Both the position numbers and the translations under genes were made by a program. Shown here one piece after another: positions 14,226-24,539 of a DNA stretch of 64,000 nucleotides. The notes beneath the pieces were generated by a model that was given only the letters and a program-made list of their open reading frames with translations, searched no databases and was not told the origin of the DNA. Origin of the DNA: Geosiphon pyriformis uo1 (taxonomy: Eukaryota; Fungi; Glomeromycota); the NCBI GenBank assembly GCA_016748015.1, contig JAAOMT010000752.1:70976-134975 (forward strand), given 5' to 3'. Each line of letters opens with the position of its first letter. The stretch's first letter is position 1.

Positions 14226-15406
14226 ACTTTAAAAATTATTTCCAATATTTATTTTATCATATTGTTCACTCATTAATTCAAAATCAATTATTGTTTGTTA
14301 AAAGTCTCAATTGTTATTGATATAATAAGCAATAATAGAAACAAAAACTTTGTTATTAGAAGATGTTTAGAGATTTGATGTAAAAAATTTTTTGGACTTG
14401 ATAATATCTAAATATGCTTATTATATTATAAGTATAGATAAAAAAAGACATTTTATAATAAAAATAGTATTTATTCTTAATTTTTGTTTATCCAAGACAT
14501 AAAGTTTCATAATTTTATTTTTAATTGCATCAACACAAACAAATTAAGAAATAGAATTCAAATATTAGAATATTTTAATTAATTTAGGATTTTTTACTAT
14601 AAAAAGTGATCATTAGTAATTGATAAGCCAAATAGTAATTATGTTATGAAGTTTTTTATTATTAATGTTAATAGCAGTTACTACAGAAAACTAAAGCAGT
14701 TTTTAAGTTAAATTGGCCAAAAATCATAAAAAAAATAACAATCTTATTTGTCAAAACATTTTTTCAATTGACTTGTAATCTTTTTGGACATTTTGTCTTT
14801 TTTATAATATTTTTCTGTTGTAATATATATTGTTCAGTAAGAAGTTTCTAAATAGTATCATAAGGGTTTAGTAGTATTTATAGTTTTACAAAAAAATGGT
14901 TTATATACACATTTTGAAACTGTATATTTATTTGTTTTTTTTTGTTTAATCAAACTTATTAAAATAGTTTTATATTTTACTCTAAAAACTATATTTACCA
15001 AATATATTAATATTTGAATTATTTGGGTTATTAAATTTTATTATTTTGAATTTTAAATCTTTAATAACATTAGACAATACTAATAATAAATTTATTTTGG
15101 TAAGTTGAAAAGTAGAGTTGTTATATATACATAGTTTTATATACTTCTTTAACTGATTATAGTAATTAAACAAAATAATAATTAATGAACAAGTAGTACA
15201 AGTTATATCTTTTTTTAATTCTATTAAACTTGAATAAGTTTGTAAACTTCAAATCAGACTTAAATTAAATTCAAACTTGTCAAAAAAATTTAATGCCAAA
15301 CTCAAATCAAATCTATTTTAAAACATTGTTTTAGTTCAAATTTGGTATGTAATTCAAACTAAACTTAAATAACACTCAAAATTCAGTTCAGTTAATTGAA
15401 ATCTTA
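14226..15406 (-). mobile_element. hAT-superfamily DNA transposon remnant (5' end and N-terminal transposase)
   Basis: Minus strand ~14390-14230 reads FTSNL*TSSNNKVFVSIIAYYINNN*DF*QTIIDFELMSEQYDKINI, a decayed form of the hAT block TxDxWTS...F..ITAH.ID..W......IDF....H.G..I. WLIN...LFIVKNPKLIKIF*YLN (~14630-14555) resembles the hAT dimerisation segment. Short subterminal-type repeats lie at 15225-15406. Confidence 0.7.
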
Positions 15407-15589
15407 TTTTTAAGTATTTAAGAGCAAAAATAAAAAATATTAAAAAAATATAATTTTAATTATTTATTTAAAAAAAACTTTTTAAGTAATTATATTGTTA
15501 AAAACTATAAAAAAATAAAAGTTATTTTTTTTTACTTTTTTTTCTAATTGTAATTATAAAAATATAAAAAAAGTTTATTTTTTATATAT

Positions 15590-18500
15590 ATATTTTTTTT
15601 AATAAATGCAATCTAATTACTATTTAGTATACAGAAACAAATTAAATAAGTCTAATTAAATATAGTTCACATGCCTTCTATATGTAACCAGTTATTTAAG
15701 TTAATCAAAACAATATTACATACTTATATATATTCTTATATTATTATAAACACCTAAAAAAAAAACAAGTCTTATACAAACCAAAATTAACAACAAATAA
15801 CTTGACAATACCAAGCAAATAAACAATATTTACTAAATAATAATTAAATACAGTATAAAAAGCAGTATAAATTATTTCTATATTACTAATCAAGCCACTT
15901 TTTTCTATATTTACTTTAAATTTCACTCTAATAACTCACTTTTATGTTTCTTAGCCAAATGGCAAGCAGAATTAACTACCATTCACACAGTTTTCTTTCT
16001 ATTTTCAAAAACTGAAACCATTTTATTAATTTATTTCTTAAAAACAAAATATTAACATCTAATATTCTTGAAATAAAAGTATTTAAAACTGAAGATAATG
16101 ACAAAAAATATTTATTTACCAAAGATTTTCACAAATTAACATAGTTTAGCAAAATTTCAGAACATACTATAGCATTTTTTGAGCAAGTAAAAACATGATT
16201 GGACAATTCAATATTACTATATATTAAACACAACACTCCTAAATAATCCTTATTATAAAGTCTTTTTCTGATAGCAATTAATAGTTTTTTATAGATTACT
16301 TTTATTAAGTATGTATAAAGAGTTATCAAAACTTTGCTTATAAATTTCAAAAACATATAAGAATTTAAATACTAAACTTTTATAGTATTAATCCAATTTA
16401 TAATTTCAATCAATATCTTATTTATAATTTCTATACTAAAACCAGTTTTCTATCAAGTTTTACAAACTGTTTTATAGATATTTTAAATAAAGTGGCAAGT
16501 ATTTTCTGATATAATTTAGTGATTAGCTATAATAAATCTTTTATGAATTCCAATAGAAATAACAAAATCAAAAGTTGCTGTATTACATATAAGAATGTTA
16601 GTTCTATTATTATTAATGTTTTTTAAATAATCTTTGACTTTTATTTACTTAACAAAAATATTCTTAGACTTAATTAAATTAACTATATAATGCTTTTTCA
16701 TTCAGCAATTGTTTTGAAAATCTGGTAGAAGAAGCTTAAATTTCAAAATACACATACTTAAAACTGTTTGATTGTTTATATACATTACTACTAAGCACAA
16801 TAAGAGAATACATTCTAATACTAAAACAATTGTCTAAAGCTTTGATATTGTGTAAACATTAAATATGTTAGTCCACAATCTATGCAAATAGTCATAGATG
16901 TTCAAAAAGACAGATAAATAAGAAAAATCTAAGCAACCAGAAACAGATACAGTCTTACCAAATTTTATACAAAGACCAGTGTTACTCTTAGAATATAGGA
17001 AGTATATTAGCATATAAATTAGCCAATTAGAAATAGCTGTAATAAATAGAGAATTCCAGGATTTCTTTTAAAGAAATTGCAGGATTCCAGAATTTCAGAA
17101 TTCCTGGTGTGAAAAATTGAGGAATTGAAGAATCTCAATTATGTATATATAGTGATAGTATTAAAAATAGAAAAAACAGATCTCTAAATTTAGATTTAAT
17201 CTAAGCAATCTTCTATTGCACAAATATTAATAAATAATTATTGGCTATTTCAATCCACTTTCCATTATTAACACTTTATGTTGATAGTATTGAATATTTA
17301 ATCATGCTGGAACAATAGCTCTTGATTACAGTTATTAACAAGATATTAACTTTGATTGCCTTGGCTTATTTTGTTTTATTTTTTTTATTTTTTTATTTTT
17401 TTTTATTTTCTCTTTTATTGTTGTTTTATTAATTGATTAAAGATTAAAAGCACTGAGTTACAGACATTTTAGAGACTGGTAAAAAACCCATAAAACAAGA
17501 GTAGAACACTTACAAAATTAAGAATAGCTTACTAGGAGGATTACTGGCCATCACGTTGAGAAAAAAATTCAATGGAATTGTGATTTTAAGAGACTACTGA
17601 AACAACAATTAAATCTCTGTCCATTATATAAAAGACTCAACCAAAACCTTTAAATAACCAAAACCTTTAGATATTTCCAATGTCATTAAGCAAATTAGCA
17701 CCAAGTTATGGGTTTATTATTGGATTTGAGATCTCAAATAATCATCTGTAACACCAGTTATATAAGTTAAAGCTTTCTTAAATCACAATAATATTGGACT
17801 CTTAGGACTTAGTTTTTTTTATTAACAAAAAGTTTTTTAACTTATAATTAACTTTTGTTTATTCAACAATTTATTACTAAAGACAAAACCAAAGCACTTT
17901 AAAGAGTAAACTATATTGAAATAAAAAAAATTCCTTAAAATTTTTAACATTAAAAAGTATTTTAAATTATAAAAAGCATTAGATAAACAATTAGTCATAA
18001 AAATTTTATTATCCAAAAAATCTTTACAATACCTACTAAAAAGTTATTTACAGAATTGACTTTCAACTTGACAGAATATTGTAAAAAATTGATTAGAGTC
18101 TACTTCAAAACTTGTAAATCCAAAAAACAATACTTGAATAATTATTCAAGAATTTTAGACACATTAGAAAACATAATTAATAAAACAATCTTGTCTTTTG
18201 TTTGAATTTGTTTAAAGATTTTCAATCTATAAAGAGATAAGTAATACAAAATCTTATTAAAAATTTTTTTAGCAGATTAGCCTTTTTTTTAAAATAAAAT
18301 CTTATTTTTGACACACATTTTTAGATATGAAGCTGAATTATATTTATTAACCAATAATAAACTATAAGACTACTAAAACTAAATAAAAAAATTGTTTATT
18401 TAACAATGCTTTTTTAAAAACCAAATTAAAAAAAAACTTAATATTTGAATATGTTTTGACAAAATTAAGCTTAAATATGCTTTTTGTTAACAAAAATATC

Positions 18501-19900
18501 TTTAAGTATTTATAAGATTTATTATGTTTGGCTATAAATATTGGCTGACTATTAATGTTCAAAGATATATTTATAACTCTTTAATTAATAGAAATTGCCA
18601 TAGTCTTGTTATTGTTAATAGAAATGTTATTAATTTTAATAAATTTATTAGTTATATCCAAAATGTATTGCATTAAAGTTTGACTATTTTCTACATAAAT
18701 TGTGTTATCAATAAATATATCTGCTGCAAAAAAAAGACCTATTTTCATTTATTTTTATTCTGTCTGTCTTTGCTATAAAGTTTATATTGATTTTGTATTC
18801 ACACAAATATATTTGTTTTTTGATTTTATATAGTAGAAAATTATAAAAAATTCTTCACAAGAATAATAAGAATACTTTGCTCTAATTTAGTTTATTTTGT
18901 ATTTTGTAACTATTTAAAAGACCAAATTTGTTATTATTTTGTTGATTTTGTTCTTGTATATATTTTTAAAGAACTCAATAAGCATGTCAAACATTTTAAT
19001 ATGCTTTAAATTAACTTTTAAATAATGTTAGCTGATTGAATTATAAGTTTTATACATGTTTTGTAAGACTAATCAGACTTTACGGTTTTTTTTCAAAGCA
19101 TTTTTTATAATTAAATTAACAACAAACACAAAAAATTAAATTAAAATACTCTTTAAAACCAAAAAATTGTTACTTTAAAAAACATTACATTTGATATACA
19201 CTAATTAAATTTAGTCTAACAAAATCTTTAACAAAATTTTCTTAATTGTCTTAATTAATACAATAAATTATGTATTTGTTAAAATACTATTTCAATCATA
19301 AGATTTAGAAATCATTAAAACTTATGCTTTTTTCTAAAAAACTAAAACTCTATTAAAAGACAAATAAAAATTTAACAAACTCAAAAGACATCTTATTATT
19401 TTATCATTATAATGCTTTCAAAGTTTATTTAATATGTTAAATAAGCTAACAGCTTTGCTATTTAGCAAGTTATTAACTATCAAAACTAATTTATATATGC
19501 TGATCTCATTTATTATATTAATAAAAACATTATTTTTTACATAATTTAACAGTATATATTAATAAAACTATATAATATTTAGCATTAAAAACATTTTTTG
19601 TTTTCTTGTTCAATTTATTATGATTTCATTAATTTAAGTTTTATTTTATCTAGGTCTAAAACCAACTTTTTTTTAATTACTAAATAATTTAAAACTATTT
19701 TGTAAAAAGACTATTTCAAAACATTTCTTATTATAGTTTTTTTGTCAAAACTGAAATTTTCTATCTGTTTCTTAATTGTTTTTTTAATTATCACATTTTT
19801 AGCTACTTTTAACTTATTGACAATTGTTTAACAATATTTTCTGAATTTACACTGTCCTAAAACAAAATTTTGATTATAAAAGTCTCTTTACTATTAATTT
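15590..19900 (-). mobile_element. Heavily decayed, 5'-truncated LINE (ORF2 RT-RNase H-C-terminal part), same family as the 45.6-63.2 kb LINEs
   Basis: The 3' end (15600-15720) matches the 3' ends at 45650, 52810 and 55120 and sits next to a T tract. ORF fragments RKRLYNKDYLGVLCLIY...HVFTC (16129-16356) and YKYLKIFL...FNLVFKKA (18362-18562) match the better-preserved copies. Confidence 0.85.
16980..17753 (+). mobile_element. Solo LTR (774 bp) of the element C family, inserted in the LINE
   Basis: Termini TGTTAC...GTAACA. 4-bp TSD CCAG at 16976-16979 and 17754-17757. Homologous to 11976-12773. Confidence 0.9.
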
Positions 19901-21349
19901 ATATTTAAATTTATTTAACTGTAAATTAATAAAAATATATATTTAATTTATTAAATTTTCTAATTATTATTTTAAATATTTTAAAACACAAATATTAATT
20001 AATTTAATATATAAAATAAGCTAATTTTTTAATATGTTGCAATTTTAAATTATATAATTAATTAATATAAATAAATTTTAATTTTAAAATTTTCTATAAA
20101 AATATTATTATTTATTATTTTTTGTAATTTGTATTAATATTTATATATACTATTACATTTTTAATAAAAAATAGTTTTATAAAACATATTTAATATATAA
20201 ATAAAATTTAAAAAAATTAATTGAATTTTCAAATTATATTAATTTATAAACATAAATTTATGCATAATTATATGTTAAATTTAAAACTTGCTTTAATTTA
20301 AAAAGCTTTTTTATACAGATAAATTTTATCTTTAGCCAAACAAATTGTAAATAAAACTTTATTATATTATTAATAATAATAATTTTGAATTTGAATAATT
20401 CATATAATATTAACAATTAAAGTAACTAATATAAATCTTTATTTAATATAATCTTACTTGCAAATAAAAACTTACCACAAAAACCAATTTATAAAAATCA
20501 TGAACCAATTTAAAATTTGTTTTATAAAAAAATGTCAAAAATGAACTTGAAATATTTTATTGTTAAAAGGTTTTATACCCCGATGTTTAAACAGTGGTTG
20601 TTTTTAGTTTGGTAATATAATATGTTCAAGTTATTTTGTTAGAAGATGGTTTAATAATTTTTAAAAGCTGAAATGAACTTGGATGAAGTTTCCGGTAACA
20701 AGACAATTTTTATAAAAAATCTAGCTAGTTGTGAAATCTCTGCACAAAACAAGACTTTTAAAAGCAAAAAACAATGGCAAAACGTGATGATGATGCCATA
20801 GCTGAAGAGCTTTTTAGCCATGTTTGTTTTCCCTTTCTGGAAATTTAATATTTTGTCAATTCCATTGAAATTATAAAAAATTCCATTGGACGCCATAAAG
20901 AATTTATAGGCTTTTTCACCATCAAACTTTTAAAGTTTTGCACGACAATGAGACTATATTGAAAAACGAGTTGATAGGTTGATTATATTACCATTTTTAT
21001 CAAGTTTATTTTATTTGAGACTTCTAAAAAAGGAATAGTTGTTGGATATTCATTTTTTGGGAAAAAACTGGATCACGCGGGTATATCTTCGAACTCAGAA
21101 CTACCTTCTCTGCTGAGTCGAAAATTTTGAGGCTTCACCAAAAAGCCCATGCACTGCCGATAATAGTGACATCATCTAAAAATGATTGGATCTATTAGGT
21201 ATTAAGAAGCACAAATGCGGCGAATACTCGGCCACATTTAGTAAACTTTACTACAACCGTAGCAAAACTAGGCCACGTACCAGAAATCAATCTCTCTAAA
21301 GCCAAGTGACTTTCCGCGAACAGGCCTACTTACTTCTCATTTCTCATCA

Positions 21350-23185
21350 ATGCCCCAAGAACCAAAACCAAAAAAGAAACGAGTTCCTATTACCGCGCTT
21401 ACCAAGCGCGAAATATGCCTCAAAAAACGCGAGAACGCGAAACTCCGAGATGAAGACCTTGCTCGCCAGTACGGTCTTGACAGGAGTACCATCACAAAAA
21501 TCCTCAAAAATCGCGACAAATGGTTAGCAATCGACCCAAATTCTAATAACGCGAAGCAAAAGACTCAAAAGTCTCCAAAATTTCCACAAATAGAGGAATC
21601 GTTAGCTAGTTGGTTAAATATGGTTCTTGGGGAAGGTGCAACCGTCAGCGACACCCAATTACAGGAGAAAGCTTTGGAAATTGCTCAGACGTACGGAATT
21701 AGAAACGAATTTCAAGCGTCTAATGGGTGGATAACAAAGTTTAAATCTCGTCACCAATTTCGTGGTGGCGAAAGTCCAGGAGCTGGAGAAGTTTCGTTGC
21801 ATGTCAATCAACAACCGACCATTCCTGGTACCTCCGTGTTGTCGCCTGCCGAACACCCCACTTATGTGAATTCGGTAAGCTGGATATGCAACATGATATC
21901 ACGCATATTTTAATTTTAAATAATTTGTGTCACAATTTTTATACTTCACGTATTTTTTGGGTTTTTGCTTTGGTAACTTCAAATGGATTAAAACCCCGAA
22001 ATCAAACAAAAGTTTCCAACCACCTATACTCAACCTTCACCCAATAGAGTAAATTCAACAAATACACTTTCTCTTGGTCAAGGTACACCTTCCCCTTCTT
22101 TCATTCAATATGGATCTTCAAATTCAACTCCTATGGGACCTTTTTATTCTGCTCCCCGAATATACCCTATCTCAAACACCATTGCTCCTAGTATATCTCT
22201 TGATAACACGGCGTAAGCTTTTTTAATTTCTAGGAATCGTCCTAATTTCTTGCATCGAACGTGGTTAATACTGAGCTTCACTTTATAGGTTTATATTTTG
22301 CGACTATCAAAATGATGTTATTGGAATGTAGGTTAATTGTCAATAAATATTCAAAGGACTATGTAAAAAAATTTATTATTTTTGCTGAATTTTTTTTACC
22401 ACAGGGTTCAGAACAGCCAAACTCTTAATCTCTTTCTGACGCGCTCACGATCCCTTTTTCGTGCAGTTCATCAAGCAAAACAGAAAAGAAGCATTACTTG
22501 TATTTCTGTTTGTGGCTCCGTGAGTAAATAAGAAAATATCAAAACATCAAGCCATTTTGGTTTAATATAATTTTGAAAGTTTATTGAATTTTTATTTGAT
22601 TTAGTTTCGACCTGGTTATCCCGAGGTCTCACCACATAATCCAAGTTTCTCATTAATAAAATCATATGAACGCCTGATTGAAGGGACAAAAGGTGTGGAA
22701 TTTATTGACGGATTGGTTCCATCAGAGTCAGAGGTAAAGCTTTAATCATGAAAGATCAACTACATCGTCTATAATGGATATATGATAACCACATATATTT
22801 TATTTCGCAAATACAATTAGCATGATATTATAATTAAGGTAAGCTCTAATTTTTAATTTTGGATAACGCATTTCAATTAAATTTACCTATCTCGCTTCTT
22901 TCTCTAAAGAAACGTCGTGTCGACGCTTTTTTCAACACGGATCTCAAAATGATTCTTGAATCTCGTAATATAAAACATATCGTCCTTTCGGGCATTTCAA
23001 CTGGAGGGGTAATATTATCAACTTCACTTTCTGCATGCGATATGGATTTTAGAATTACCGTCGTAAGAGAGTGCTGCTTTGATGGAAGTGAGAACGTACA
23101 AAATATGCTGATGGATGAAATATTTCCGAAACAGGGCATCACGGTGACAAACGTTGATAATTTAATGGGGGAGTTGAGACTTTGA
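21350..23185 (+). CDS. Predicted 433-aa fusion: CENP-B N-terminal HTH + Tc5/CENP-B HTH DNA-binding domains, S/P/T-rich linker, isochorismatase-like hydrolase domain (7 exons)
   Basis: Exons 21350-21874, 22013-22212, 22289-22327, 22405-22519, 22605-22733, 22821-22838 and 22910-23185 are all GT-AG, phase-compatible, and total 1302 nt with no internal stop. The N-terminus has LARQYGLDRSTITKILK and FQASNGWITKFKSRH. The C-terminus has TAFIFCDYQND, FRPGYPEV, KRRVDAF and SGISTGGVILST...DMDFRITVVRECCFD. Each domain is secure; their joining depends on the AAG acceptor at 22010-22012. Confidence 0.75.
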
Positions 23186-23555
23186 ACTTACCCAGTAAAC
23201 CAAATGTCAATTTTTAAGGCTGCCGTTAGCATTTGCAAGTCCGGATATTTTTTCGTCTCCCGTCTTCTAATACAATTATTCATCTTCTAGAGGGCAGGGG
23301 TTATGGAACGTGTCATTCTTGGGATATTTACCTTTGTTGAGATACGTTAAACATTATGGTTTTGTTTATACCTTAATTTAGTTTATTTTGGCACTGCCAC
23401 AAGATAATGCTTTTCCTTATATTGGAATATGATTATGTTTTGTATATTATACTTATAAATCTTTTTCGCCCCTGCCCTTATCTGCTTGCCCACAAGTTTT
23501 TCTGTAAATAGGTTTTTTATGATTTCCCTCTATTTTCATTGTTTTCATAAACATT

Positions 23556-23556
23556 T

Positions 23557-23590
<34 letters not shown>

Positions 23591-23612
23591 CCATCACCAT
23601 CACCATCATCAT
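23556..23612. repeat. (ATC)n/(ACCATC)n microsatellite
   Basis: Directly visible. Confidence 0.95.
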
Positions 23613-24539
23613 CCCCCTTATAAGTGACATTCTAAGAGCAAAAGAATTGTATAAAATGAAACAAAAGAAACCAAAATTTCAAAGCTTTCTTTTTTGCATG
23701 GTTACCCAACGCTTTATTTATTTCAGTTAGATATTTTATTAAAATGTGACACCAACACACCATCTTTCATAACCATATGGCCTTTTCCCAACTGAGAATT
23801 TTGGGGGACTTTCAATAAAGACCAATTTCGAAGTTTGATTAAACACCAAACATCGAGACAAATTGCGATTCAGTCATCATACGAGGCCACCAAGATTATT
23901 TTTTAAATGAAATTGGATCTCAGCAAATGATTAATTGCAATCACCACGAAATTGTGTTAATGTCGTCGAATGGCTAGATCCGAAAATATGGGTGAATTAT
24001 TTTCTATTTGGATTAACCCAATTAAGGAATAGACATTAATTAATGCTAAATTTGATATGAACATGATGGGTTGGGATTTCTTATATTGTTACTTCTTTAC
24101 AAGGCCACAAAAACTTGGCTGTCTGGAATAATTTCAATTATTTTGTCCAAAAAGTTTGTATTGTGTTCTGTGTCAAACTAAAAACTTGAAGAATTTAGTT
24201 GCTAGGAATTTTGATTAGAAGTCCAACTCTTAAGATCCTTTAAATATATCCGAAGAAAGGTGTAGGAGATGATAAACTTCAATTTCTTGTATTTTGTATT
24301 CCAAAAAGTAGGAGAGGTGAGAGGTTTTATCATACTGCATTTTATTTTCTTGGCCTATCTATAGGCACTTGAACGGAATTTGAAAAGGATGTGATATTGC
24401 AACTTTTATTTGAATGTGACATTGGGCAAACGACAATATAATTGAATCCGCATCTTCTTCGAAAGATCCTAATAAATATTTGATGGCTATTAACAAGTTG
24501 GTAATAATACGGTCAAAATGAATAATAAATAAGAATCAA

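Noticed and set aside
1-19900. Alternative genetic code or organellar/endosymbiont DNA to explain the AT richness and stops
   Set aside because: Stops coincide with Trp/Gln positions of TE motifs and come with frameshifts. Adjacent nuclear genes use the standard code with spliceosomal introns.
21350-21913. Active pogo/Tc5 transposon
   Set aside because: No DDE domain or TIRs, no TE-type decay, and it splices into a host-type domain.
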